Source of the DNA: Candidatus Hydrogenedentota bacterium
GTDB lineage: Bacteria; Hydrogenedentota; Hydrogenedentia; Hydrogenedentales; GCA-2746185
Assembly (NCBI GenBank): GCA_046583315.1
Contig: JAYGCN010000189.1
Coordinates: 1 to 21,741, forward strand
DNA length: 21,741 bases
Direction of reading: 5' to 3'
A program made the position numbers and the translations under genes. The notes under the pieces were generated by a model. It worked only from the letters and a program-made list of their open reading frames with translations, did no database searches and was not told where the DNA came from. Below, piece by piece: positions 1 through 8,883 of this stretch. Every line of letters starts with the position of its first letter. The stretch's first letter is position 1.

Positions 1-154
1 TCCCGACGGCGTTGAAATGGTGATGCCGGGCGACAACATTACGATTGTCGGCGAGCTGATTACGCCGATAGCGATGGACGAAGAATTACGCTTTGCCATC
101 CGCGAAGGCGGCCGTACCGTCGGCGCCGGCGTGGTCACCAAGGTTATTGAATAA
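1..154 (+). CDS. tuf: Elongation factor Tu, C-terminal 50 aa (partial, runs off the left edge)
   Basis: Frame from nt 2 reads [50 protein letters not shown], the canonical EF-Tu C-terminus; TAA at 152-154. Not in the ORF track. Confidence 0.98.
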   Translation, partial: PDGVEMVMPGDNITIVGELITPIAMDEELRFAIREGGRTVGAGVVTKVIE

Positions 155-212
155 GAAACGAATTGAGCTGAATCCAATTGAGTTGATTCGGCATTAATGG
201 AAAGACACTATC

Positions 213-362
213 ATGCGTGAACAAGTGATATTGCAGTGCACCGAGTGCAAGCAACGGAACTACACGACGACCCGGGACAAGCGAAAATCTCCCGAGCGTT
301 ATGAAATGAAGAAGTATTGTAAGTTCGAGCGCAAGCACACAGTACACAAAGAAGTTAAATAG
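213..362 (+). CDS. rpmG: 50S ribosomal protein L33 (49 aa)
   Basis: Manual translation: [49 protein letters not shown]; typical L33 sequence in the tuf-rpmG-secE position. Too short for the ORF track. Confidence 0.97.
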   Translation: MREQVILQCTECKQRNYTTTRDKRKSPERYEMKKYCKFERKHTVHKEVK

Positions 363-390
363 ACTAGAATTCGTCATGACTTTAGCATGC

Positions 391-466
391 AGACCTGTGG
401 CTCAATTGGTAGAGCAGCGGCCTCCAAAGCCGAAGGTTGGGGGTTCGAGTCCCTCCAGGTCTGCCA
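391..466 (+). tRNA. tRNA-Trp (CCA), 76 nt with encoded CCA end
   Basis: Acceptor stem AGACCTG/CAGGTCT, D-arm GCTC-AATTGGTA-GAGC, anticodon loop CT-CCA-AA (CCA at 424-426), T-loop GGTTCGAGTCC, discriminator G then CCA; usual position before secE. Confidence 0.97.
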
Positions 467-523
467 GCTTTTAACGAAACAGGTTCCTTTGCGGAGTCCT
501 GAATTTCATACGAAGAGAGAATT

Positions 524-751
524 ATGGCAAAACAAGCACAGCAAACAGTTAAGTTGGGTGTGGTGGCGCGTTCGAAGGCGTATCTGCAGGATGTACGTTC
601 TGAGATGGGCAAAGTGACGTGGCCGACGCGTGAGGATCTCAAGGCATCGACGACGGTCGTGATGATTTTCCTGGCGTTGCTTGCGACCATTATTGGCTCT
701 ATGGATCAAGTGTTTCAGCGCCTGGTGCTGTTTATGTACAGTCTGGTTTAA
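524..751 (+). CDS. secE: Preprotein translocase subunit SecE (single TM)
   Basis: EMGKVTWPTRED motif followed by one hydrophobic helix; lies between tRNA-Trp and nusG. Confidence 0.95.
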   Translation: MAKQAQQTVKLGVVARSKAYLQDVRSEMGKVTWPTREDLKASTTVVMIFLALLATIIGSMDQVFQRLVLFMYSLV

Positions 752-763
752 GGGAGACACATT

Positions 764-1651
764 GTGTCGGACGAAATGAATACAGATAAGCCTGAACGTA
801 GCGAGGATGCGGCGAAAGCGGCGGCATTTCTTGATCCGGAGGGTGAAAATGAATACAAGGCTCCTGAAGAGGAGAAGATCGCGTTTCTAGAACCGGACGC
901 TGATGCATCGGCCCCTGAAGAAGAGAAGGTCGCGTTTCTTGAACCGGATAGTGACAGCGAGACTGCGGCTTCTGTAGAGGAGACGGTGGTGATTGCTGAT
1001 CCGGAGCCGCAAGAGGAAGCGACACCGGCACCGGTCCGTGATGATGACGAAGACGATCCATCGGATGAGGAGCCTGCGATCACGTTGAATGAGGCCCCTG
1101 ACGATGGGATTAAGCGTCGTTGGTATGCGATTCATGCGCATTCGGGTCAGGAAGCGACTGTACAGCGTTCGCTGATTTCTGGTGCCGAGCAGCAGGGATT
1201 AACTGACCTGCTCACGAACGTTTTGGTTCCGATGGAAGAGGTTGCCGAGTTCAAATCGGGCGAGAAGAAATTTACGAAGCGTAAGTATTTTCCTGGCTAT
1301 TTGTTGGTGCAATTGCCTGAGCATCCTGAGCGATATGCTGATTTGTGGCATCTGATTAAGGATACGACGGGTGTGACGGGTTTCATCGGCTCGCGGAATG
1401 AGCCGGTACCGCTGGAAGATTCGGAAGTGATGAGTCTTGTTGAGGAAATACGCGGCGAACGCGAACGTCCTCGTGCGAAGGTCAATTTTGATATTGGCGA
1501 GAGAATCAAGATTATTGATGGTGCGTTCTCGAATTTCTTCGGAAACATCGGAGAAATTAATGAAGAGCGTGGCAAAATGAAAGTAATGATTGAAATATTT
1601 GAACGACAGACCAGTGTAGAAGTGGAATTCTGGCAAGTCGAAAAGATCTAA
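764..1651 (+). CDS. nusG: Transcription termination/antitermination factor NusG with ~115-aa acidic N-terminal extension
   Basis: NGN domain (WYAIHAHSGQE...RKYFPGYLLV...GVTGFIG) and KOW domain (GERIKIIDGAFSNFFG...IFERQTSVEV). GTG start 7 nt after GGAG; alternative ATG at 776. Confidence 0.95.
   Translation: MSDEMNTDKPERSEDAAKAAAFLDPEGENEYKAPEEEKIAFLEPDADASAPEEEKVAFLEPDSDSETAASVEETVVIADPEPQEEATPAPVRDDDEDDPSDEEPAITLNEAPDDGIKRRWYAIHAHSGQEATVQRSLISGAEQQGLTDLLTNVLVPMEEVAEFKSGEKKFTKRKYFPGYLLVQLPEHPERYADLWHLIKDTTGVTGFIGSRNEPVPLEDSEVMSLVEEIRGERERPRAKVNFDIGERIKIIDGAFSNFFGNIGEINEERGKMKVMIEIFERQTSVEVEFWQVEKI
824..949 (+). repeat. Coding tandem repeat in the NusG extension: AFL(D/E)P(E/D) x3, including two near-identical 39-nt copies
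   Basis: 860-898 gctcctgaagaggagaagatcgcgtttctagaaccggac vs 911-949 gcccctgaagaagagaaggtcgcgtttcttgaaccggat (51-nt period); a degenerate copy AFLDPE lies at 824-841. Confidence 0.9.
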
Positions 1652-1666
1652 CCTGGAGAACGTATC

Positions 1667-2101
1667 ATGGCCGCCCCGAAAAAAGAAATCAGTGGACTCA
1701 TCAAGCTGCAGTGTCCTGCAGGTGGAGCCACTCCCGCACCGCCGGTTGGTCCCGCATTGGGTCAGCACGGTGTGAACATCATGGATTTTTGCAATCAGTT
1801 CAATGAGCGCACGAAGGATCAGCAGGGATTGACGATTCCGGTTGTGATTGAGGTGTATGGGGATCGCTCTTTCAGCTTTATAACGAAGAGCCCGCCTGCC
1901 GCTGTACTGATCAAACGTGCCGCGAAATTGGCGAAAGCTTCTGGTGAGCCCAACAAAACTAAAGTGGGTTCGGTGACGCGCGCGGATCTTGTTGAGATAA
2001 TTGAGATCAAAAAGAAAGATCTGAATTGCGCTTCCGAAGACGCTGCCGTGAGCATGCTTTCCGGTACCGCGCGTAGTATGGGAATTTTGGTCGAAGGCTA
2101 A
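1667..2101 (+). CDS. rplK: 50S ribosomal protein L11
   Basis: [22 protein letters not shown] and GTARSMG motifs; GGAG RBS upstream. Confidence 0.98.
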   Translation: MAAPKKEISGLIKLQCPAGGATPAPPVGPALGQHGVNIMDFCNQFNERTKDQQGLTIPVVIEVYGDRSFSFITKSPPAAVLIKRAAKLAKASGEPNKTKVGSVTRADLVEIIEIKKKDLNCASEDAAVSMLSGTARSMGILVEG

Positions 2102-2144
2102 TACCGGCCCTCGATTTTATTTGAATCACGTTGTTTCAACCGAG

Positions 2145-2176
2145 GTGGGAGGGCGCGATGCGTCCGCTTGAACCAC
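2145..2176 (+). promoter_or_regulatory. Putative ribosomal protein L1-binding mRNA site (autogenous translational operator) before rplA
   Basis: GTGG-GA-GGGCGC-GAT-GCGTCC-GCTTGAA-CCAC: two stems around an asymmetric internal loop with the GGGAG core, abutting the rplA RBS AGGAG (2177-2181). Matches the known L1 leader found between rplK and rplA in many phyla. Confidence 0.8.
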
Positions 2177-2189
2177 AGGAGAACAAATC

Positions 2190-2882
2190 ATGCCCAAACA
2201 GGCAAAACGTATCGCTGCATACGACAGCAAAGTAGACAAGACGAAGAAGTACAGCCTTTCCGATGCCGCTGCTGGTGTCAAAGAATGCGCCACCACCAAA
2301 TTCGACGAGTCCATCGATTTGGCCTTCCACTTGGGGGTTGACCCCCGGCACGCTGACCAGATGGTTCGTGGTTCTGTATCCCTTCCACACGGTACGGGTA
2401 AAGACGTGCGCGTTGTGGTGTTGTGCAAATCCGATGCGCAGATTCAGGAAGCCAAGGATGCTGGTGCTGCTGAAGTTGGCTCAGACGACATCGTTGAAAA
2501 AATCAGTGGTGGTTGGACGGATTTTGATTCGCTTGTTGCTGCTCCGGACATGATGGGCGCGGTTGGTAAACTCGGTAGGGTACTTGGTCCGCGCGGCCTG
2601 ATGCCGAGTCCTAAAGCCGGCACCGTGACACCGCAGGTTGGTAAAGCTGTTACCGACATCAAAAAGGGTAAAATTGATTATCGCGTTGACAAGAATGCGA
2701 ATATCCATGTCCCGGTTGGCAAAGCTTCCTTCACACCCGAACAGATTGCTGAAAATGCGGGTGCTGTCATTGAATCGATCCTGAAAGCAAAACCGGCTTC
2801 GGTAAAAGGCACGTACATGAAGTCTTGTTGTATCAGCAGCACGATGGGACCTGGATTCAGGTTGGACCCTTCGGGATTGTAA
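2190..2882 (+). CDS. rplA: 50S ribosomal protein L1
   Basis: [51 protein letters not shown] and STMGPG motifs. Confidence 0.98.
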   Translation: MPKQAKRIAAYDSKVDKTKKYSLSDAAAGVKECATTKFDESIDLAFHLGVDPRHADQMVRGSVSLPHGTGKDVRVVVLCKSDAQIQEAKDAGAAEVGSDDIVEKISGGWTDFDSLVAAPDMMGAVGKLGRVLGPRGLMPSPKAGTVTPQVGKAVTDIKKGKIDYRVDKNANIHVPVGKASFTPEQIAENAGAVIESILKAKPASVKGTYMKSCCISSTMGPGFRLDPSGL

Positions 2883-2906
2883 CGGGTATCCGTACCTCGG
2901 TATCAT
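2877..2906 (+). promoter_or_regulatory. Possible sigma70-type promoter for metK
   Basis: TTGTAA (2877-2882, overlapping the rplA stop), 18-nt spacer, TATCAT (2901-2906). Confidence 0.35.
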
Positions 2907-2945
2907 CTTCACTTTTCATTACCTAGTATTTTTAAGGAGTTGTTT

Positions 2946-4118
2946 ATGTCCACTGCTGCGAAAAGGGGCGTGTTGTTTACGTCTGAATCTGTAACCGAAG
3001 GCCACCCGGACAAGGTCGCTGACCAGATTTCGGATGCCATTCTTGATGCGATGCTCACGCAGGACAAGATGTCCCGTGTGGCGTGTGAAACGATGATTAC
3101 GACCGGCATGGTGGTGATTGCTGGTGAGGTGACGACGAAGGCTATCGTGGATATTCCTGCGGTGGTGCGGAAGACGTTGCGCGAAATTGGATACACGGGT
3201 GGTGATTCCCAGTTCGACTGCGATACTTGTGCGGTGCTGGTTTCGCTCGATAAACAGTCTCCTGACATTGCGCAGGGCGTGGATGTCGGTGCTGGCATCG
3301 ACCAGGATCAGGGTGCTGGCGATCAGGGCATGATGTTTGGCTATGCGTGTAACGAGACGACCTCGCTGATGCCGCTGCCGATCGATTTGGCGCACAAGCT
3401 GGGGCTTCAATTGTCCAAGTTGCGTAAGAATGGTACGTTGCCTTGGTTACAGCCTGATGGCAAGTCTCAGGTGACGGTTGAGTATATTGAAGGTAAACCG
3501 ATTCGCATCGATTCTATTGTCATCTCGAATCAGCACTCCCCGAATATTTCTCACAAGAAAATTAGAAGTGAGATCATTAACAAAGTAATCAAGCCGATTC
3601 TGCCGAAGAAGTATGTGAAGGGTAAGATCAACTACCACATCAATCCTACTGGAAAGTTCGTAGTCGGTGGACCGGTAGGCGACTGCGGTCTTACGGGACG
3701 TAAAATTATCGTGGATACCTATGGCGGCATGGGTCGGCATGGTGGTGGCGCGTTCAGTGGCAAAGATCCGTCGAAGGTGGACCGGTCGGCGGCCTACATG
3801 GCGCGTTACATTGCGAAAAATATTGTGGCGGCGAAACTGGCGACGCGTTGTGAAATTCAGCTGGCCTACGCGATTGGTGTATCGGAGCCGGTATCAATCA
3901 ATGTGAACTCGTTCGATACGGGCAAGATCAATGATGACGATCTGGCTGATTTGGTGCAGGAACATTTCGATTGCCGTCCGGCGGCGATTCTGAAAAAGCT
4001 TCAACTCCGCAAGGCGCAATATCGCAAAACGGCGGCTTATGGTCATTTCGGGCGTAAGGGCTGGAAATGGGAAGATACGGATCAGGCGAAGGCTCTTGCG
4101 AAGAAAGCGGGCATCTAG
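2946..4118 (+). CDS. metK: S-adenosylmethionine synthetase
   Basis: [19 protein letters not shown] and [29 protein letters not shown] signatures. ATG 2946 lies 6 nt after AAGGAG (preferred over TTG 2940). Confidence 0.98.
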   Translation: MSTAAKRGVLFTSESVTEGHPDKVADQISDAILDAMLTQDKMSRVACETMITTGMVVIAGEVTTKAIVDIPAVVRKTLREIGYTGGDSQFDCDTCAVLVSLDKQSPDIAQGVDVGAGIDQDQGAGDQGMMFGYACNETTSLMPLPIDLAHKLGLQLSKLRKNGTLPWLQPDGKSQVTVEYIEGKPIRIDSIVISNQHSPNISHKKIRSEIINKVIKPILPKKYVKGKINYHINPTGKFVVGGPVGDCGLTGRKIIVDTYGGMGRHGGGAFSGKDPSKVDRSAAYMARYIAKNIVAAKLATRCEIQLAYAIGVSEPVSINVNSFDTGKINDDDLADLVQEHFDCRPAAILKKLQLRKAQYRKTAAYGHFGRKGWKWEDTDQAKALAKKAGI

Positions 4119-4160
4119 AAGTAGGAAAAACCGATAAATGTGATTGATTTTGGCGATTTC

Positions 4161-4200
4161 GCGGGATGTGTAACGGCTGTTACGCATCCCGCTTTCTTTT
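4161..4200 (+). terminator. Rho-independent terminator after metK
   Basis: GCGGGATGTGTAAC-GGCT-GTTACGCATCCCGC 14-bp stem followed by TTTCTTTT. Confidence 0.9.
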
Positions 4201-4224
4201 GTGTCGAAAGTTATGCTGTATCTA

Positions 4225-4253
4225 TTGACTCTCTTTGGAGGTAGGAGTACGCT
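4225..4253 (+). promoter_or_regulatory. Putative sigma70-type promoter of the secreted hypothetical gene
   Basis: TTGACT (4225-4230), 17-nt spacer, TACGCT (4248-4253), just downstream of a terminator. Confidence 0.5.
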
Positions 4254-4300
4254 TGTTTGAGATAATAACGATCACATACTTTTACTACGGGAGGTTTATG

Positions 4301-4843
4301 ATGAAGAAACTGAGTCTGGCGATTGCGCTATTGATTGCGGTGACGGCGAGTGCGGAGGACGTGAGCAGCAAGGTTTTGGATGCGGATTCTGCGTACAAAG
4401 CGATGTTGACGCTGGAAGGAACGTGGAAGGGCGATTCGAATGTGGTGCCGGTCGGGAAATTGATGGAAGAAGGCACGAAATCGGAAACGACGGTGACGTA
4501 CCGCAATATCGCGAACGGTTCTTCGATCATGGCGACGTTTTTGGCAGATACGCCGATGGAAATGGTGAGCATGTATCATCAGGATGGAACGGATACCTTG
4601 ATTCATACGCATTATTGTGCGGCGGGCAATCAGCCTTCGATGAAGTTTTCGAAAGTGCAGGAAGAAGGTGTCATCAATTTTGATTTTGACAAAGGCACGA
4701 ACATGGATGTGACGAAAGATGGTCACGCGCATTCGGGTACGTTGAAAATTATCGATGAGGATACTTTTGAAACGCGCTCTGAATTATGGCGTGATGGTAA
4801 GGTGAATTCGATTCGCTACACGAAAATGAAACGTCATAAGTAA
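4301..4843 (+). CDS. Secreted hypothetical protein, probable beta-barrel, with THYC-x2-GNQP and GHAH motifs
   Basis: GGGAGG RBS at 4289-4294 and ATG 4301 (or 4298); Sec signal MKKLSLAIALLIAVTASA; LEGTWKG followed by alternating beta-strand patterns. The ORF-track start at 4235 overlaps the putative promoter and is unlikely. Confidence 0.8.
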   Translation: MKKLSLAIALLIAVTASAEDVSSKVLDADSAYKAMLTLEGTWKGDSNVVPVGKLMEEGTKSETTVTYRNIANGSSIMATFLADTPMEMVSMYHQDGTDTLIHTHYCAAGNQPSMKFSKVQEEGVINFDFDKGTNMDVTKDGHAHSGTLKIIDEDTFETRSELWRDGKVNSIRYTKMKRHK

Positions 4844-4879
4844 GGGCTAAGGCCTTCGTTTTATTTAAAACTTTGAGTC

Positions 4880-4913
4880 ATACGGCGCAACTTCGGTTGC
4901 GCCGTATTTATTT
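4880..4913 (+). terminator. Rho-independent terminator with cUUCGg tetraloop
   Basis: ATACGGCGCAAC-TTCG-GTTGCGCCGTAT perfect 12-bp stem followed by TTATTT. Confidence 0.85.
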
Positions 4914-4941
4914 GTTACTAAACATTGATTCAGTGTATCAT
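4912..4941 (+). promoter_or_regulatory. Possible sigma70-type promoter for uvrA
   Basis: TTGTTA (4912-4917), 18-nt spacer, TATCAT (4936-4941), ending 43 nt before the ATG. Confidence 0.4.
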
Positions 4942-4984
4942 GGCCTCTGTTTTGAAGCTGAATTAAACGCGAAGAGTTGCACCC

Positions 4985-7852
4985 ATGCCCCCCAAGAAGA
5001 AGAAGACAACGCCTCACGATACGATCACGATTAAGGGGGCGCGCGAACATAATCTGAAGAACATCAGCACGACGATTCCGCGGGACAAGCTGGTTGTGAT
5101 TACGGGATTGAGCGGATCGGGTAAATCGAGTCTGGCTTTCGATACGATTTATGCCGAGGGGCAGCGTCGCTATGTGGAAAGTCTATCGGCCTACGCGCGT
5201 CAGTTTCTGGACCAGATGGATAAGCCGGATGTGGATTACATTGAGGGCTTGAGCCCGGCGATCTCGATTGAGCAGAAAACGACGCACCGGAATCCGCGAT
5301 CGACCGTGGGCACGGTTACCGAAATTTATGATTATTTGAGATTGCTCTTTGCACGCGTTGGTACGCCGCATTGTTATCAGTGTGGAAAGCCGGTTCAATC
5401 GCAGTCGCCCGAGTCTATCGTGGACATGATTCGAAAGATGCCGGAGGGCACGCGGGTGCAGTTGTTGGCGCCGATCATTCGGCAGCGTAAGGGTACCTAT
5501 CAGAAGGTTTTCGAGGATATCGCGAAGCAGGGATTTCCGCGAATTCGGGTGAATGGCGAGGTGTGTCTGGTTGAGGACGCTCCAGATCTTGCACGGTACA
5601 AAAAACACGATATCGATATTCTGGTCGACCGACTGGTCGTGAAAAAAGGCTTGGGGCAACGGTTGAGCGATTCGGTGGAGACTTCGCTGAAATTGGGCAA
5701 GGGCATCATGCGCGTCTGGACGCAATCGCCGGACAAAAAGATCGAGAATGAGATGTTGCAAAGTGAGCATTTCGCGTGCGTGGATTGCGGCATCAGTTAT
5801 GAAGAATTGGCGCCACGCATGTTTTCGTTTAACAGCCCCCACGGTGCTTGCCCGGAATGTACGGGTCTGGGCACGACGATGGAGATCGATCCGGAGCTGG
5901 TTGTGCCGGATGAATCACTTTCGTTGAGCGAGCACGCGATACGGGCCTGGAACATGAGTCGCATGCTGGATGGCTGGTACATGCGGGGCCTGAAGTGTGT
6001 GGCGGATCATTACGGGATGAAATGGACGGCTCCGTGGAATAAGCTGAGCGAGGAACATCGGCAGATTGTGTTGTATGGATCCGGTGATGAGGAAATCGAA
6101 TTCAGTTACACGATGAAGAAGAGAAAGATGGTGCACAAATCCCTGAAACCCTTCGAGGGAGTAGTAAACAATTTGAAGCGTCGTTTTCGCGAGACCTCGT
6201 CCTCGTCGCAACGGGACAAGATCAGCCAGTTCATGGCGACGCATGCGTGTGAGGCTTGCGGGGGCGCGCGCTTACGTCCTGAATCGCGGGCGGTACGACT
6301 GAATGGGAAATCGATTCTTGATGTGACGGGTTTGTCGATTGGCGCGGCCTATGATTTTCTGGGCGCGATGAAATTGACGAAACAACAGAAAGTTATTGCT
6401 GACCGAATTTTGAAGGAAGTGAATGAACGACTTGGATTCCTGGTGAGTGTGGGGCTTGAATACTTGACGCTGGATCGTCAGGCGGGATCGTTGTCGGGTG
6501 GGGAATCGCAGCGGATTCGATTGGCGACGCAGATTGGATCGGGTTTGGTCGGCGTGTTGTATATTCTGGACGAGCCGAGCATTGGTTTGCACCAGCGCGA
6601 TAATGATCGATTGATCAAGACGTTGAAGCGGTTGCGGGATCTGGGTAACACGGTGATAGTGGTTGAGCATGATGAGGACACGATTCGCACGGCGGACTAT
6701 GTGCTGGATATGGGACCGGGCGCGGGTGTTCACGGCGGTGAGATTGTTGCGGAGGGCACACCGGCGCAGATTGCGCGCAACAAGAAGTCGCTCACGGGTC
6801 AATATTTGTCGGGCACCTTTCAGATTCACATGCCGAATGCATTGCGGGAGCGCAACGGTAAGTCAATTGTGATTCGTAAGGCGGAACAGAACAATCTGCA
6901 AAAGATCGATGTCGAAATTCCGCTGGGTTTGATGGTCTGCGTCACGGGCGTGTCGGGTTCGGGCAAGTCGACGCTGATTAACGGAACCTTGTATCCGGCG
7001 GCTATGCGTGCGCTGCATGGGTCCATGCGGATTAAACCGGGCAAGCACGAGTCTATCGATGGGCTCGAACATATTGACAAGATTATTGATATCGATCAGT
7101 CGCCTATTGGACGCACACCGCGGTCGAATCCCGCAACGTATACGGGATTGTTCAGTCCGATTCGGGAGATATTCGCGAAAACGAAGGATGCTCGCGCACG
7201 GGGTTATAAACCGGGACGTTTCAGTTTCAACGTGAAAGGCGGACGTTGCGAGGCGTGTGAGGGGAACGGACTCATCACCATCGAGATGCACTTTTTGCCG
7301 GACGTGTATGTGAAGTGTGAAGTGTGTGACGGCGCACGGTATAACCGGGACAGTCTGGAGATTCGCTACAAGGGCAAGAATATTTCTGAAGTATTGGATA
7401 TGACGATTGAGGATGGGTGCGAATTTTTCAGAAATATTCCGGTCGTGTTTCAGAAATTGGATGTGTTGAATGATGTTGGGCTGGGCTACATCAAGCTGGG
7501 TCAACCCGCGACGACGTTGTCTGGTGGTGAAGCGCAACGCGTGAAACTGGCGACGGAGTTATCCAAACGCCAGACGGGGCGCACCTTGTATATCCTGGAT
7601 GAACCGACCACGGGACTGCATGCGGTGGATGTGGACAAGCTGCTACAAGTCCTGCATCGTCTCGCGGACAGCGGCAACACTGTTGTGGTCATCGAACACA
7701 ACATGGACGTTATCAAAACGGCGGACTGGATCATCGACCTCGGGCCGGAGGGTGGCGACAAAGGCGGCAAGGTCATCGCTCAGGGTACACCGAAACAGAT
7801 CGCGAAAAAGAAGAAGAGTTATACCGGGCAGTATTTGAAGGGCAAGGTGTAG
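4985..7852 (+). CDS. uvrA: Excinuclease ABC subunit A
   Basis: GAREHNLKN, two Walker A motifs ([16 protein letters not shown]), two LSGGE signatures, LDEP Walker B motifs, and intact CxxC pairs for the zinc modules. Confidence 0.99.
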   Translation: MPPKKKKTTPHDTITIKGAREHNLKNISTTIPRDKLVVITGLSGSGKSSLAFDTIYAEGQRRYVESLSAYARQFLDQMDKPDVDYIEGLSPAISIEQKTTHRNPRSTVGTVTEIYDYLRLLFARVGTPHCYQCGKPVQSQSPESIVDMIRKMPEGTRVQLLAPIIRQRKGTYQKVFEDIAKQGFPRIRVNGEVCLVEDAPDLARYKKHDIDILVDRLVVKKGLGQRLSDSVETSLKLGKGIMRVWTQSPDKKIENEMLQSEHFACVDCGISYEELAPRMFSFNSPHGACPECTGLGTTMEIDPELVVPDESLSLSEHAIRAWNMSRMLDGWYMRGLKCVADHYGMKWTAPWNKLSEEHRQIVLYGSGDEEIEFSYTMKKRKMVHKSLKPFEGVVNNLKRRFRETSSSSQRDKISQFMATHACEACGGARLRPESRAVRLNGKSILDVTGLSIGAAYDFLGAMKLTKQQKVIADRILKEVNERLGFLVSVGLEYLTLDRQAGSLSGGESQRIRLATQIGSGLVGVLYILDEPSIGLHQRDNDRLIKTLKRLRDLGNTVIVVEHDEDTIRTADYVLDMGPGAGVHGGEIVAEGTPAQIARNKKSLTGQYLSGTFQIHMPNALRERNGKSIVIRKAEQNNLQKIDVEIPLGLMVCVTGVSGSGKSTLINGTLYPAAMRALHGSMRIKPGKHESIDGLEHIDKIIDIDQSPIGRTPRSNPATYTGLFSPIREIFAKTKDARARGYKPGRFSFNVKGGRCEACEGNGLITIEMHFLPDVYVKCEVCDGARYNRDSLEIRYKGKNISEVLDMTIEDGCEFFRNIPVVFQKLDVLNDVGLGYIKLGQPATTLSGGEAQRVKLATELSKRQTGRTLYILDEPTTGLHAVDVDKLLQVLHRLADSGNTVVVIEHNMDVIKTADWIIDLGPEGGDKGGKVIAQGTPKQIAKKKKSYTGQYLKGKV

Positions 7853-7874
7853 GCTCGATTGTGAAGCGATTACT

Positions 7875-8456
7875 CTACTCGTCACAGTTCTCAGGTGGCG
7901 GAATCATATTGTATTCTTCGACGAGTTTTTCGAATAAGTCTTTATACGGCCCCATTTTGGATAACGTAATTAGTCCATGCCCCTTGGAGCTATCGCTTTG
8001 ATAATAGAAATTGGAGCACTCGAAACAAATCAACAAAAAACTATCTGGATCGTTCACCATTCTTACGCCATGGCGTGGCCAAGAACACTCAAATGCAGGA
8101 TCTGATTTTTCCCCTGGGAGTCCAACTAGAAGATTCTCAATTAGCTTGGGGTCGATTATGTATCTGGAGTCGACGATTGTGAAGTAGAAGTCTCCAATAG
8201 TCTCTTGCTCGATTTGGGTAGGGTGATCGTAATTTTCACACGGGGCGATTGTCAAAAATTCAATCTCACCCTGCTTAACCATTTCCTTAATGAGATGTTC
8301 AGCTCCAGGATAACTGTTCATTCTGTCAAACAATTTCCACAGAGCAATGCACCCAATTAGTACGGCAACTGCGATGGAAATTTTGGTTTTTTTTTGCGAA
8401 GTGATGTAAGATCGGAAACATTCAGCATACTTTTCCTCGATTACTTCCTTCTTCAA
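7875..8456 (-). CDS. Hypothetical protein with N-terminal membrane anchor and C-x2-PRHG...ICFEC motif; low GC
   Basis: 193-aa ORF filling the uvrA-yraN gap; TTG start with AGGA upstream; hydrophobic ISIAVAVLIGCIALW. Two sampled 60-nt lines gave 38-40% GC. Confidence 0.7.
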   Translation of the reverse strand: MKKEVIEEKYAECFRSYITSQKKTKISIAVAVLIGCIALWKLFDRMNSYPGAEHLIKEMVKQGEIEFLTIAPCENYDHPTQIEQETIGDFYFTIVDSRYIIDPKLIENLLVGLPGEKSDPAFECSWPRHGVRMVNDPDSFLLICFECSNFYYQSDSSKGHGLITLSKMGPYKDLFEKLVEEYNMIPPPENCDE

Positions 8457-8486
8457 ATCTTATCCTAAGTGGAAGCGGAATGCCAG

Positions 8487-8858
8487 TTACTCCTGAAAGG
8501 CATTTCGGAGTAGTCTGATCGTCGGCGCGCCTTTTTTCGGAAGAATGATGGCGACGATGTCGAAGCGGTAGTACATTTCTGGGTCGTCTTTTTGGGAGAT
8601 GTAGATGTCGGCGGCTTGGATGATGCGTCTCTGTTTTTCGGGGTTGACGTTTTCTTCCGGGACGAAGCCGTCGTCGGTGGCGCGGGTTTTTACTTCTACG
8701 AAGGCAGTGGTGTCGCCTTCTTGGGCGATGATGTCGATTTCGTAACGGCCGAGTTGCACGTTGCGGTCGAGGATTTTGTAGCCTTGGGCGCGCAGGAATC
8801 GTGCGGCGTGATTTTCGCCTTGTTCTCCCAGGGGTTTATTCTTGAAGAAGCCGAACAC
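8487..8858 (-). CDS. yraN: YraN family (UPF0102) putative PD-(D/E)xK endonuclease, 123 aa
   Basis: LGEQGENHAARFLRAQGYKILDRN, EIDIIA, FVEVKTR and RFDIVAI motifs. GTG at 8858 with AAGGGGG RBS; the ORF-track extension to 9320 overlaps anmK out of frame. Confidence 0.92.
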   Translation of the reverse strand: MFGFFKNKPLGEQGENHAARFLRAQGYKILDRNVQLGRYEIDIIAQEGDTTAFVEVKTRATDDGFVPEENVNPEKQRRIIQAADIYISQKDDPEMYYRFDIVAIILPKKGAPTIRLLRNAFQE

Positions 8859-8883
8859 GGTTGCCCCCTTGCCCTGACGATGG

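Noticed and set aside
387..617. 76-aa + strand ORF (and 382-690 on -)
   Set aside because: Overlaps the tRNA-Trp gene and secE; no recognisable protein features.
2883..2945. SAM riboswitch upstream of metK
   Set aside because: The spacer is only 63 nt and shows no recognisable SAM-I, SAM-II or SMK core by eye; an Rfam scan would be needed to exclude it formally.
4235..4300. ORF-track N-terminal extension of the secreted protein
   Set aside because: The TTG start overlaps the putative promoter; the RBS and signal peptide indicate a start at 4298/4301.
4913..4924. TGTT-ACTA-AACA palindrome upstream of uvrA as a LexA box
   Set aside because: Only 4-bp arms in AT-rich DNA, it does not match LexA boxes I know (CTGT-N8-ACAG, GAAC-N4-GTTC, TGTTC-N4-GAACA), and there is no second SOS gene in the window to compare.
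5183..7537. Long antisense ORFs within uvrA (219, 185 and 224 aa); similar ones lie opposite nusG, metK and the hydrolase at 15940-16752
   Set aside because: Typical shadow ORFs opposite highly conserved genes; no RBS or domain features.
7853..8486. Mobile element carrying the low-GC gene
   Set aside because: No transposase, integrase, terminal inverted repeats or target-site duplication seen.
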